Counted from the first letter of the stretch, positions 36,114 to 45,374 are shown. The stretch: 55,456 bases of DNA from a virus (IMGVR_UViG_3300011335_000256:1-55456); one strand, 5' to 3'. Made by a program: numbers and translations. The notes: generated by a model not told the origin, from the sequence alone.

Positions 36114-36764
36114 TTAACGGCTCCTAACGCCACCCATCATCCTTGCGTGTTCAAAGTTGAACAACGGCTCCTTGATTCCCCCACTCAGGTCAACGTCAGC
36201 ATTAGGCCAATCATCAAACCCTGTCTTACCACCTGGCGTCACCTGAACCATTCTTGTGCCTGGGAGTAACGCCTTTGCCTTAATAATATCCTGAATAATA
36301 TCTGACTGCAATAATAACTCTAACTCCTCCATTGACCATATATGCCTATTACCAACATCAGGCCGAAACTGTTGATAATATATTGCATCAGCGTGAGTCT
36401 GAACCACCACCATCACACTCTTGTCCTGCATAACCCACTCCACTGCATTAATACTCGGCTGCTCAATATTATTATCTAATGCCCACTGGTCAAGAACACC
36501 AAACCCCTTAACCATCCCATTGACCGCCTTCTCCATCTTCTCGATGTCCCTCTCCTTCTGTGCATTGAAGACCCTCTCCATCTGCTGCTCCAGCTTCAAC
36601 CTCAAGCTGGAATCCACCAGCATCTCAATGCGCCTAATTCCCCACCTAGCCTCATGGTCATTCTTCACCCGTTCCAACCTAGCCACCAAAGACTCAGCCT
36701 TCACCGCAAACTCATCCAACGGATAGCGCGTAGCCTCCACCACCACTGTTTTACCTTTTGCCAT
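36114..36764 (-). CDS. Hypothetical protein
   Basis: MAKGKTVV start; WGIRRIEMLV motif; between primase-helicase and terS. Confidence 0.7.
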   Translation of the reverse strand: MAKGKTVVVEATRYPLDEFAVKAESLVARLERVKNDHEARWGIRRIEMLVDSSLRLKLEQQMERVFNAQKERDIEKMEKAVNGMVKGFGVLDQWALDNNIEQPSINAVEWVMQDKSVMVVVQTHADAIYYQQFRPDVGNRHIWSMEELELLLQSDIIQDIIKAKALLPGTRMVQVTPGGKTGFDDWPNADVDLSGGIKEPLFNFEHARMMGGVRSR

Positions 36765-36912
36765 TTGTTCCCCTTCCATTTGTTCCCACCCCAAAACACC
36801 CACCCAACTGTTCACAAATGGGCAAGTGTTATACCCTTGCCCCCATTTGTGAACACTTTCCTGTTCATAAATCGTCTACCATTTGTTCCCCATTTGTTCC
36901 CATTTGTGAACA
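36761..36912. repeat. Iteron-like CCATTTGT(TCCC/GAAC) repeats plus long hairpin; putative replication origin
   Basis: Six direct copies (36761, 36776, 36843, 36879, 36889, 36899) and one inverted (36810-36821); inverted repeat 36809-36855. Confidence 0.75.
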
Positions 36913-36914
36913 CC

Positions 36915-38990
36915 CTAAAAGTGCTCTTTCTCGCCAAACTTGGTGGTGAAGAACGCAAAATCACCGTCTAACGTCACACCCTCAAGGTTGGTTGCAGCCC
37001 TCCAAGCCGCCTTAAATTCGATATCTCGACCCTTAACCTCACCAGTTTTACCCAACCCACGCCACACTTTTTCACGCCAAAGAGACACCAAAGTCACCTT
37101 CTTTTGACCAAACTTGGTGGACTGAATGCGATCAGTTTCCCTGATTGACTCCACAAAAGCTGCCATTGCCTTGCCCTGGTGCTTACCCTGACCCGTCCTT
37201 TTCAGGCCAACTGGCTGCACATTTACAGCCACATCCGTAGCCTCCACCGCCAAACTCTGAGTAGATTCAAACCCTAAATTAGTATTATCTAGGTCCACCT
37301 TGACCATACGAAATCCATACTTAGCACCGTCACTTCCATCCTTCTGCTTAGTAATAGTTATATTACCAGCACCAGCAATATTATTATCTTGTAAACCATC
37401 ATTAATACGTTGGAGTTCCAACTCAGTATCTAACGCACCAAGCAAGGAACTGTGACCCCTCAGTCCCTTGGTGACATCCTTACCAACGTGGTGGACGATC
37501 TGCAATGCACAGTCCAACAGGCGCTGAATCTTTGACAAAGACGAAATGAACGCTCCCATGTCTGAGCTGTCATTCTCGTTTCCACCGCCAAACGCTCTTG
37601 CCAAAGTGTCCACCTGGACCAGCTCAAACCGAATATCCTCCCGCTGCACAAGGTTGCTGATCGCCAGGTGCAGCTGCTGTACGTCTTCCTTTGAGCTGCG
37701 AAGGTTGAGTTGGTGCCTGATAACGTAGACTGGTGCGCCAGGCTCAGTCTTGTGATGCACTCGCAGTGCCTTAATCCTTGCCCCAATGCCTCCATGCCCC
37801 TCACCACAGATGTAAAGCACGGCACCAGGCGTTGATACTTCCTTACCCATCCAAGCCTTACCAGTAGCCACCGAATGAGCAATGTCCAAGGCCACGAAAG
37901 ACTTGAATGAACCTGGCGGTCCAAACAGTGCGCTGAATCCCTTTCGAGGCAGAACGTCCTGAATCAGCCACTCCACTGGCTCGTCTTGGATCGTGTCCCA
38001 CTCCTCAATGAGAATCTTACTTTCCGCTGGCTCTGGTGCTTCAGAATCAGGCTCCAGTTCCTCGGCGTCTGGCACTGTATCAATTTGATCAACTACTGGC
38101 GTATAAACAATCTCTGAGGCATCAGAGATAGGCTCCAACCCCTTGCACAGTGCCATCAGGCCAGACTTATCACCACCAGCCGCAACCCACTCAAACGCAT
38201 CCTCCGTATGCCCAACGGGTAACGCCAGTAGTCTGACTGACTTGGCAATGGGAAGAAGTGCAGCCGCTACCAAGGATGCATATCTATAGCCTGGTGCGTC
38301 ATTGTCTGGCACCAGCACCAGCGATAAGTCCTTAAACCAAACGCTGTTGGCGGCAGGCCAACTCCCAGCACCAGTGTGAGACGTACAAGTAAAGACGCCA
38401 AGTGATGCCAAAGCATCAGCCGCCTTCTCACCCTCACAAATGAATATAGGCTTGCTGTTAAACCCAGCAGCCAAGACATCAGCAAGCCTATAAGGGATGA
38501 TCTTGGCACCCATCATTGACGCCTGACGGGTTCCGTCAGACATAACTCTCAGCAGCTTGTACGTCTTACCCTTGGCGTCTGAAGTGCGAAATCTCTGCTT
38601 CACAAATTGGGTGACGCCAGACTCATCCTCGTACAGCCACTCCTGCTCTAGTTCTACCTGAACTGGTGTAGTAGGTGTAGTAGGTACTGGTAACCTTGGT
38701 GTTGGTGGATGGTGTCCATTGAGACGTTTGCCAATGCCAGCCAATGGCTCCACCCACTCTGATGTCTCAGGCAGCAGCCCCATGTCCCTGACCGCTGCCC
38801 AAACGTCCTGCTGCGAACATCCACCGTGACACTTCAGCAGCAGCTTACCGTCCTCATCCCTGACTGACAAAGAAGGGTTCTTGTCCCCATTCCCCTGTCC
38901 GTGGTCAAGGACTGGGCAGGACGCCAGCCAATGTCCGTTTGCTGCTGGCCTTGAGTGTCCTAATGCCGCCGCAATCAGTTTTGCATCCAT
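36915..38990 (-). CDS. Primase-helicase (Zn finger + TOPRIM + RepA/AAA_25 helicase)
   Basis: CP..H…DKNPSLS…KCHGGC; ICEGEKAAD, PDND; GPPGSFKS, VDTLAR, VHHVGKD, RGHSSL. Confidence 0.92.
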   Translation of the reverse strand: MDAKLIAAALGHSRPAANGHWLASCPVLDHGQGNGDKNPSLSVRDEDGKLLLKCHGGCSQQDVWAAVRDMGLLPETSEWVEPLAGIGKRLNGHHPPTPRLPVPTTPTTPVQVELEQEWLYEDESGVTQFVKQRFRTSDAKGKTYKLLRVMSDGTRQASMMGAKIIPYRLADVLAAGFNSKPIFICEGEKAADALASLGVFTCTSHTGAGSWPAANSVWFKDLSLVLVPDNDAPGYRYASLVAAALLPIAKSVRLLALPVGHTEDAFEWVAAGGDKSGLMALCKGLEPISDASEIVYTPVVDQIDTVPDAEELEPDSEAPEPAESKILIEEWDTIQDEPVEWLIQDVLPRKGFSALFGPPGSFKSFVALDIAHSVATGKAWMGKEVSTPGAVLYICGEGHGGIGARIKALRVHHKTEPGAPVYVIRHQLNLRSSKEDVQQLHLAISNLVQREDIRFELVQVDTLARAFGGGNENDSSDMGAFISSLSKIQRLLDCALQIVHHVGKDVTKGLRGHSSLLGALDTELELQRINDGLQDNNIAGAGNITITKQKDGSDGAKYGFRMVKVDLDNTNLGFESTQSLAVEATDVAVNVQPVGLKRTGQGKHQGKAMAAFVESIRETDRIQSTKFGQKKVTLVSLWREKVWRGLGKTGEVKGRDIEFKAAWRAATNLEGVTLDGDFAFFTTKFGEKEHF

Positions 38991-39081
38991 GTGCAGTTTC
39001 CAGTGTTTTTATTCTCTGCTCCAGCTCGTACACCCGTCTCGCAAGTGAAATGAGGAGCAAATTCCATTGTTCTTGTTTCAT
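38905..39081 (-). CDS. Small coiled-coil hypothetical protein
   Basis: MKQEQWNLLLISLARRVYELEQRIK; overlaps the primase start. Confidence 0.45.
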   Translation of the reverse strand: MKQEQWNLLLISLARRVYELEQRIKTLETAHGCKTDCGGIRTLKASSKRTLAGVLPSP

Positions 39082-39087
39082 AGGGTC

Positions 39088-39113
39088 AAAAAAACCCGGC
39101 ACCAGGCCGGGTT
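39088..39113 (-). terminator. Rho-independent terminator
   Basis: AACCCGGC-CTGGT-GCCGGGTT followed by a T-run on the minus strand. Confidence 0.75.
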
Positions 39114-39130
39114 CCTTTGTCGTTTAAATT

Positions 39131-39724
39131 TTAGTTGAACATTTCCTCGTCATCCTCAACCACAGGCGCTGGCTTAGGAGCTGGCCTCGCTGCCTGACGT
39201 ACTGGTGCTGGTGCTGGTGCTGGTGCTTCCTCCTCATAGACAGCCTCACCATCAGCATCCAAGGCCGCAGGACGGTTAACCCAGTTCTTCAGCTTAAAGT
39301 TCGGGATTGCCGTGTTTCCTGCGCCAATCTTGAGAGCAGTTGCACCCTCGTAGTTAATCACTGGCACCTTGCCTGGGTTGTGGTCAGCCTGTGCATCACA
39401 GGCGTTGTAGATGGCCTCAAACCCCTTGGTGACACCAACACCAGACGCACACCACTCAACGACACCTGTAGGTTTCGAGAACAGCTTGACACTGAAGCCA
39501 CGCTTATGGTCAGCAGAAGGCTGCTTGCCCTTCTTACCAATGGACTCGTCCTCCACCCAATCCCGCTGACCGATACCAAGCAGGAGCCAGCCAGTGCGAA
39601 CACTGTCCATGTCCATCACCATTGGCGGCAATGTGATTGACTCCTTGCTAGAGTTTTCCCATTGGCGTGTCTGCGCCATGAAACGAATGTAAGACCCACC
39701 GCCGTTGCTTGAAAGATTTAGCAT
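39131..39724 (-). CDS. Putative ssDNA-binding protein
   Basis: Beta-rich core, Pro/Ala linker, acidic aromatic tail EDDEEMFN; replication module. Confidence 0.55.
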   Translation of the reverse strand: MLNLSSNGGGSYIRFMAQTRQWENSSKESITLPPMVMDMDSVRTGWLLLGIGQRDWVEDESIGKKGKQPSADHKRGFSVKLFSKPTGVVEWCASGVGVTKGFEAIYNACDAQADHNPGKVPVINYEGATALKIGAGNTAIPNFKLKNWVNRPAALDADGEAVYEEEAPAPAPAPVRQAARPAPKPAPVVEDDEEMFN

Positions 39725-39768
39725 TTTGATTTCCGAGTTAAGAGTTAAGAATTAAACACACACTGACA

Positions 39769-40842
39769 CTACTCACCAATGCCGAATGCTCGGCAAAGGG
39801 TGAGTCCACTGGACACCTTTGTTGTCAAGGTTTCCGTGACTGTTTTATCGTTCAGCAGCTTCTCAGCAACTGCTGGCGATATGATTTCTCTGGGATAGAT
39901 TTGGTCTTGAGTGAGTCCAGCCAGCACCAAGGCACCTGCAGCCTCAGTCTCATCAGTCCACTTCCTCGTTGACTTCTTGGACCCCATCTGCCAGCCTGGG
40001 ACCGCCGCACCATCCTTTATGCACTTGACTGCGTAAGTCTCAAGTGCCTTGATAAACGCCTCAACCTTCGACACTTGGTTCAGGTAGGACGCCAACTGCT
40101 CATTGCTGAGTGCCTGCGGCAATGCTGCTTCAGCCAACTCGGTAAAGGTTTCAATGTGCGCTGGACAGATAGCGCGAGCAGGACACCACTGGCAAGCTGA
40201 TTCACTTGGCACTACCTTGGGGTCTGGTGCCATTGCAGCCTGTGCAGCTGGAATCAGGACATTGCGCTCCCACTGCAGCAACTCACTGACTGTCATGGTG
40301 TGACTGCGGTTCACGCCATGCACTGGCTGGACGATCGTCATAGTCACCGTCTTAAATTGCTTCTTTGCCAGACGCATCCCGCCAAGTGCATAAATACGCA
40401 TCTGATCACTGTCAGCATCAACGTATCCCCGCCCTGTCTTCAAGTCACCAATGACAAATTCACCAGTGTCATCTGACCAGCCCAGGACATCAGCAGTACC
40501 CGCAACTCGGACGTTGTGCGTGTCTAGGGCAGTGACGTACTGCTCAACAAATACGTTACCCAAACGCTTCTCCTCTCCCTCAATGTAGTCCAAGTGCTTG
40601 CGAGCGTAGGTGATTGCATCCTCGTCCATCCTGACACCCTCCACCTCCACGCCTAGCCACTCCTCTGGCAAGCTGGAGGTCATAAAGCATGACTCTGAGA
40701 GAGAGTGAATTGCAGTCCCACGCTGCGCGGCAGCACCTGACTCTCCCATTGGCATCTTGGCTGACAGTTGAACGCTTGCGGGGCAAGCAATCCACCGTCC
40801 AGCAGCACTTGGTCTGAGCAGTGTCTGTTTTATCTGTTCCAT
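39769..40842 (-). CDS. DUF2800-family PD-(D/E)XK nuclease
   Basis: PSAAGRWIACPAS, GTAIH, GTAD, DLKTG, QMRIYALG, CQWCPARAIC. Confidence 0.88.
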   Translation of the reverse strand: MEQIKQTLLRPSAAGRWIACPASVQLSAKMPMGESGAAAQRGTAIHSLSESCFMTSSLPEEWLGVEVEGVRMDEDAITYARKHLDYIEGEEKRLGNVFVEQYVTALDTHNVRVAGTADVLGWSDDTGEFVIGDLKTGRGYVDADSDQMRIYALGGMRLAKKQFKTVTMTIVQPVHGVNRSHTMTVSELLQWERNVLIPAAQAAMAPDPKVVPSESACQWCPARAICPAHIETFTELAEAALPQALSNEQLASYLNQVSKVEAFIKALETYAVKCIKDGAAVPGWQMGSKKSTRKWTDETEAAGALVLAGLTQDQIYPREIISPAVAEKLLNDKTVTETLTTKVSSGLTLCRAFGIGE

Positions 40843-41084
40843 GCGTCTCTTTCGTTGTGTGAATCTTCAATCAGAATTTGGTAGATGCTGGCGCGAACCT
40901 CGTTACTTACTGCGTGTCCCAAGTCCTCTGGGTTCAGCATCCGCTTCAGCAATTCGGTCTTGGCTCGGCACTGGAGTCTGGACTTCTCCAACTCAGTCCC
41001 CAGCCAGAGGATGTGCGCCTTCAGGGTTTGGCGCTCACTGCTTTGAAGTGATGTCATATCGTCCCTGTAGGTGGTAGCTTGCAC
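40830..41084 (-). CDS. Hypothetical protein (start may be 41057)
   Basis: LLKRMLNPEDLGHAVSNEVR motif; operon packing. Confidence 0.6.
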   Translation of the reverse strand: MQATTYRDDMTSLQSSERQTLKAHILWLGTELEKSRLQCRAKTELLKRMLNPEDLGHAVSNEVRASIYQILIEDSHNERDAWNR

Positions 41085-41431
41085 TCATAGCCATGCTTTC
41101 GCAACAGCTTCAGAGCAACCCTCACAGCAGCAACTTCAGCAGCAGCCGCCTCACTGTTCCAGGTGTAGCGTCCATCGTCGAACAGCACCCGGCCTTGCTT
41201 GATGTCCCACTTCAACAGCATTGACACCAGGCTGGTGTTGGCGCTGTACGGCAACTGATCTCCAGCATCAAACAGAATCTCTGCTGCTGACATTGGCCTG
41301 CCAGATTGACGAAGAATTGCCCGAATGCACTCGGTTCGGCTGCTGCTCTGCTGGACTTGGTGCAACGCAACTGGTGCGCTCGGGCGCATCAGGCTGTAGG
41401 CAATTTGTCTGAATGGATTTGCTGTCGTCAT
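41054..41431 (-). CDS. Putative winged-helix protein
   Basis: IRAILRQSGRPMSAAEI…VSMLL…GRY. Confidence 0.55.
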   Translation of the reverse strand: MTTANPFRQIAYSLMRPSAPVALHQVQQSSSRTECIRAILRQSGRPMSAAEILFDAGDQLPYSANTSLVSMLLKWDIKQGRVLFDDGRYTWNSEAAAAEVAAVRVALKLLRKHGYECKLPPTGTI

Positions 41432-41964
41432 GCTTGCCCCATCAGTGCGATCAGAACAGCGTCAGCGCGTCCATCGTCCTTGACCCTTGCAAAGAGATGC
41501 GCCTCCCGAGGAAACAGCTCCATGACCCTCTGGCGTGATCCGTCCTTGCCCTTGGCGGCACCTGATTGCTTCTGCCAACTCTGTGGTGTGACAAACGTCA
41601 CAGGTATCTGCTTGGCGGCAAGCACTCCCTCAATGATGCCAACTGAACGCCCAAAGCTGAACATGGAACTCACACCCTGACCAGGCATAGCACCTACCTT
41701 CTCAACAATGGCCTTGTGAGGTGATAGCTGCTGCATTAACAGCGAGAGTCCAGCGGGACAGACTTGCCGTTTCTGCGCTTTGTTGCGCTCCACGGTGACT
41801 GTTGGCATATCGTGTACTGACACCAGCACACCGTTCAGGAGCAGTGCAATAGCGCCTGATGCGCCAGGGTCAATGCCAATGACCCGAGAAAAGGAGGAGG
41901 TGGACGCTTGGCCCACCCCCAAAGTAGGCAACTGCATAGCCTGGGGGGATTGTAGATTGCTCAT
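41428..41964 (-). CDS. RuvC-like Holliday junction resolvase
   Basis: IGIDPGASGAIA, AIVEKV, FSFG, VTPQSW, DGRADAVLIA. Confidence 0.85.
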   Translation of the reverse strand: MSNLQSPQAMQLPTLGVGQASTSSFSRVIGIDPGASGAIALLLNGVLVSVHDMPTVTVERNKAQKRQVCPAGLSLLMQQLSPHKAIVEKVGAMPGQGVSSMFSFGRSVGIIEGVLAAKQIPVTFVTPQSWQKQSGAAKGKDGSRQRVMELFPREAHLFARVKDDGRADAVLIALMGQA

Positions 41965-42167
41965 GCCAACTCAGGCCAAATCTTGGCCCATGTCCCTTGG
42001 CACAGCATCTGCCGGGTGACGCTGCCACCAGATGCAGCCTCCACTCGGATGGCTTCAGCAGGACTCATGTCCCGCCTACCACTGAGGCACTGGTAGAGCC
42101 ATTGCTCGTTGAGGCCGACCGTCTGGGCGAGTTCTTGGCGTTGCGTTGCTGTCAATTTGTTTTCCAT
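41961..42167 (-). CDS. Cro/YdaS-like HTH regulator
   Basis: RQELAQTVG…YQCLSGRR.MSP..A..VE.ASGG.VTR..L…IWPELA. Confidence 0.85.
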   Translation of the reverse strand: MENKLTATQRQELAQTVGLNEQWLYQCLSGRRDMSPAEAIRVEAASGGSVTRQMLCQGTWAKIWPELA

Positions 42168-42332
42168 GCGAAGAATTCTAGCGTAATGCTTGAGACTAAA
42201 TGTGTAGGTGTTTACCCTTAAGGGTTTGTCATAGCAAATATTTTTGCTTGAGTGCTTGACCTGTACTAGCGTGACGCTAGAATACTACTCAAGCCCTAGC
42301 ACTTTGCACAGGGACTCAACCAGGAAAACATC
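42168..42332. promoter_or_regulatory. Divergent promoter region with operator-like palindromes
   Basis: TTGACC-16-TAGAAT (42256-42283) overlapped by palindrome CTAGCGTGACGCTAG (42266-42280); variant CTAGCGTAATGCTTG (42178-42192) overlapping a leftward TAGAAT. Confidence 0.7.
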
Positions 42333-42590
42333 ATGACAACTGCAACACCAAATCGCAATCTGACCATGTACGGCGTAGCCGACATTGCGGAATACATCCA
42401 ACAGGTCAAGCAATCCATGACCTACAAATTCTCTGGCGGCAACATGGTTGTTGCTGGCCTGATGTCAGATGCCCAAGAACTGATGCTCTACAACGATGTG
42501 GAGCGTGCCCGTCAAACCCTCAACATTGCCAAAGCAATTCTGTTTGCCATCACTGAAGGCGAACTGGTTGGAACTGTTGAGCGTAAGTAA
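42333..42590 (+). CDS. Early hypothetical protein
   Basis: AGGA RBS; MYG…AGLMSDAQE…ARQTLN.AK pattern. Confidence 0.75.
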   Translation: MTTATPNRNLTMYGVADIAEYIQQVKQSMTYKFSGGNMVVAGLMSDAQELMLYNDVERARQTLNIAKAILFAITEGELVGTVERK

Positions 42591-42597
42591 CCACAAC

Positions 42598-42611
42598 GGG
42601 GCTTCGGCCCC
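42598..42611 (+). terminator. UUCG hairpin
   Basis: GGGGC-TTCG-GCCCC in the intergenic gap. Confidence 0.55.
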
Positions 42612-42623
42612 TGAAAGAACATC

Positions 42624-42953
42624 ATGAAAACTCCCATCTGGACAACTGGCTACAAGCCAACAAAAGAAGACCTGAAGGGTCTGTACAACCATCGTTTTGA
42701 AACTGCTGGCGGCTTGGTGCTGGACTGCTATCTGGCTTACGAAGAAGCAGAACGCGAAACCCGAGACGAACCCGGCAGTGCCGAGAGCATTGAGTTGATC
42801 TGGGCGCTGGTGGAAGGCGTTGACATCTCTGAGGTCATCGGCGATCTGGCGGCAACCATTGAGGAAGAAGCCTTGGAGGACATGGCGGTCCAGGCTGAAC
42901 ATGACCAGTACGACCGTGGACAGGAACGCTACGAAGATAGGAGCGCAATATGA
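42624..42953 (+). CDS. Acidic early hypothetical protein
   Basis: 109 aa, Asp/Glu rich. Confidence 0.7.
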   Translation: MKTPIWTTGYKPTKEDLKGLYNHRFETAGGLVLDCYLAYEEAERETRDEPGSAESIELIWALVEGVDISEVIGDLAATIEEEALEDMAVQAEHDQYDRGQERYEDRSAI

Positions 42954-43213
42954 ATCACGCAATCAATTGGTGTCTTGCGGTAGCGGTGGCCTTGGTGCTG
43001 TCCACGGCATACCTGCTGGACGGACCTAGTGATCACCAGGCTGCAATGGATTCAGCCGCCAATGCTCGGGCTACTCAGCGTGAGCAATTGGCAATGGAGA
43101 AGTTCTCTCGCGCTGCACAGGCAATGTGCGGTGGTGAGAATGCCACATGGAGGCTGCTGGATAACGGCAGCGTTCAGTGCTTTACCAAACGTGGATTTAG
43201 GACAACCAAATGA
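42950..43213 (+). CDS. Exported/membrane hypothetical protein
   Basis: N-terminal TM, LDGPSD, AQAMCGGENATW…QC. Confidence 0.7.
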   Translation: MNHAINWCLAVAVALVLSTAYLLDGPSDHQAAMDSAANARATQREQLAMEKFSRAAQAMCGGENATWRLLDNGSVQCFTKRGFRTTK

Positions 43214-43473
43214 GCAACCTCAAGGACATTGACCGTAGCAAAGCGCCAGCGCATATGCAAAGGCTCCCAAATGTTTATCTCAGCCGAGATGCACGACAGT
43301 CGGCTGGCGAGTACGTGGAGCGCATCAAGCGTCCTGGTGAAGTCCGCGCACCAGCTCTCAGCATTTGGGAGCGTGGAGTCTATCGCTCAGGTGACGGCGA
43401 CAGTATGCGGCAGGTGCCGAGAGAAGGAAGTCTGAAAGCGTTTAGCTTGCCTAGCAGGGGGAATCGGACATGA
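43210..43473 (+). CDS. Hypothetical protein
   Basis: REGS..AFSLPSRG C-terminal motif; ATGA overlaps. Confidence 0.7.
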   Translation: MSNLKDIDRSKAPAHMQRLPNVYLSRDARQSAGEYVERIKRPGEVRAPALSIWERGVYRSGDGDSMRQVPREGSLKAFSLPSRGNRT

Positions 43474-43751
43474 GTGGCGGACACTTTAACTACAAGCAAC
43501 ACCATTTGCTTGATATGGTGGATGACATAGGCAACGCCATCCTGAATAACGACAGCAAGGAAAAGGATGAGTGGGGCTACTCAATCGGTAGGCACTACAG
43601 CCCTGAAACCATTGCTGAGTTTGAGAAGGCAGTAAAGGCTTTGAAGCTGGCCTATGTTTACGCACAGCGTATTGATTGGCTGTTATCTGGTGATGATGGC
43701 GAGGATAGCTTTCACAAGCGTTTACAAGCACAACTTGGAGAACAGAAATGA
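43470..43751 (+). CDS. Phage hypothetical protein (MSGGHFNY…DWLLSGDDGEDSF)
   Basis: Recognisable phage family motif. Confidence 0.78.
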   Translation: MSGGHFNYKQHHLLDMVDDIGNAILNNDSKEKDEWGYSIGRHYSPETIAEFEKAVKALKLAYVYAQRIDWLLSGDDGEDSFHKRLQAQLGEQK

Positions 43752-43867
43752 AAGACGATGAAGTTGAAAACCTCTTCAAGTACGGCTGGCTTGACACCAG
43801 CATTGCCATTGCCATCGCGCTGCTTGCAATGGTGGCGTTGTTTTTCTTTGCGGGGTATTTGACATGA
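43748..43867 (+). CDS. Small membrane protein MKDDE…ALFFFAGYLT
   Basis: Homologue of 10503-10622. Confidence 0.7.
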   Translation: MKDDEVENLFKYGWLDTSIAIAIALLAMVALFFFAGYLT

Positions 43868-44541
43868 CACCACTAGTCAAAGAAATGGTCAAGATGGTAT
43901 CGGTGGCTGACCTTGACCCAACGCAAATGCAATGGTTTGATGTTACTGGGGCTATCAAAGAATACATTGGCTATGACCAAAAGAAGTATTTGCTGCATCC
44001 AGCGCCGTACAAAAACATGATGTTGTGCGGCAAGACAGCGCAGGGTGACTTTATGCTGTCAGTGTTGGCAGAGCCAGCGGCAACCATTGTGACGGGCTGG
44101 ATTATCAAACCGACAGGGTACAAGACCCTTGGGTCTTTTTTGTTTGCTGAACACAACGGAGAGCCAAAGACGGGTGAAGTTGACAAGCCTATTGACCCGC
44201 AAGACCAGTCAATGATGTGCGCGATTGTGTCTATGTTTTACGCATCGTTGGATATGCCTGTAGAGGCTTACGTCCCAACAGTAAAAGACACATTTACAAA
44301 CCGCCGCAAAATTAAAGAAGGCAAACTGCCATCTTACGACTGGCACACGATTGTGATTGAGCCGCCCAAGCCGCAGTCAGAGTCTCGCGGCGGTACACAC
44401 GCAAGCCCCCGAAGGCATCAGGCCAGAGGTCATTGGCGCACCTACAAGTCTGGCAAACGAGGTTGGGTCAAAGAGTGCTGGCGCGGCAATGCCAGCAAGG
44501 GAACAGTGTTTAAAGACTACGAAGTAAGGGAGTTGACATGA
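43864..44541 (+). CDS. Phage hypothetical protein with HASPRRH..RGHWR motif
   Basis: 225 aa; GGTHASPRRHQARGHWR…WVKECWRG. Confidence 0.8.
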   Translation: MTPLVKEMVKMVSVADLDPTQMQWFDVTGAIKEYIGYDQKKYLLHPAPYKNMMLCGKTAQGDFMLSVLAEPAATIVTGWIIKPTGYKTLGSFLFAEHNGEPKTGEVDKPIDPQDQSMMCAIVSMFYASLDMPVEAYVPTVKDTFTNRRKIKEGKLPSYDWHTIVIEPPKPQSESRGGTHASPRRHQARGHWRTYKSGKRGWVKECWRGNASKGTVFKDYEVRELT

Positions 44542-44627
44542 CTCTACTAAACCCAGCCCAATGGATTGCTGTAGCTGCTGCAATTTATCTGATATTTGCA
44601 ATTATTTCTGCGTGGATTGACCTATGA
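44538..44627 (+). CDS. Small membrane peptide (29 aa)
   Basis: MTLLNPAQWIAVAAAIYLIFAIISAWIDL; ATGA overlaps on both sides. Confidence 0.5.
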   Translation: MTLLNPAQWIAVAAAIYLIFAIISAWIDL

Positions 44628-44815
44628 CTGATTTAGAAATCGACAAGGCGTTAGCGCTGGCTATTGGGTGGAAAGAGGCTGACATGATTCTTGATCACAA
44701 AGCTAAAAGACTTTGTTTTGACGGGCCAAGACTTGCAGGGGTGTTTGACTACCGCGACTGGAACGTAATCGGCCCGATTGCTGCGCTGTTTTTTATGGCG
44801 GGGTATTTGACATGA
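44624..44815 (+). CDS. NinX-like fragment fused to an ALFFMAGYLT tail
   Basis: EIDKALALAIGW…DYRDWNVIGPI, then the same tail as the MKDDE genes. Confidence 0.6.
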   Translation: MTDLEIDKALALAIGWKEADMILDHKAKRLCFDGPRLAGVFDYRDWNVIGPIAALFFMAGYLT

Positions 44816-45042
44816 CTAAAGACGACGTTATCCGCATGGCGCGGGAGGCTGGACTTACTCATGGTCAGCACTGGAACAAGAAACGAATGACTACGGAGTT
44901 TATGAGTGACTTTGCCAACCTTGTTGCCGCCCACATAGCAGAGGTTATCACCGCCGAGGCTTACCGCTGCGGCTACAAAGACGGCATGGAAGCAGCCGCT
45001 GTCATCTGCGAGAGCCTTGCTAGAGCAAGGGGAAACACATGA
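44812..45042 (+). CDS. Hypothetical protein MTKDD…ARGNT
   Basis: Homologue of 10619-10879 (ends conserved, middle different). Confidence 0.72.
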   Translation: MTKDDVIRMAREAGLTHGQHWNKKRMTTEFMSDFANLVAAHIAEVITAEAYRCGYKDGMEAAAVICESLARARGNT

Positions 45043-45374
45043 GCCGCCTGTTACACGCTGCCGCCCGTGGTGCGCGGATACAGGTGCGCTGGTATGACTC
45101 TTTGCAGTGGCAAACAAGCGCCCAACTAGTTTTTATTGACACTATGCGCCACTACCGCATCCACCCGGCAGACGAACACTTGCAATACGGCCCGGTCAGT
45201 ACGGCGCTGCGGGAGATGGTTGAAGACCCCAAGCACAACTCAAGCTGGGAACATTTCCTTGCAAACAGTGCCGCGAATGAGTTTACAGAGTATTTTGATT
45301 CCCGTCGGGGTGAGCCTGACTACCCGCTGTTTTATTTATTTTTGGCCGAGTTCTTGGCCGATTCTGGCTTATAG
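45039..45374 (+). CDS. Hypothetical protein MSRLLHAAARG
   Basis: Allele of 10876-11214. Confidence 0.75.
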   Translation: MSRLLHAAARGARIQVRWYDSLQWQTSAQLVFIDTMRHYRIHPADEHLQYGPVSTALREMVEDPKHNSSWEHFLANSAANEFTEYFDSRRGEPDYPLFYLFLAEFLADSGL

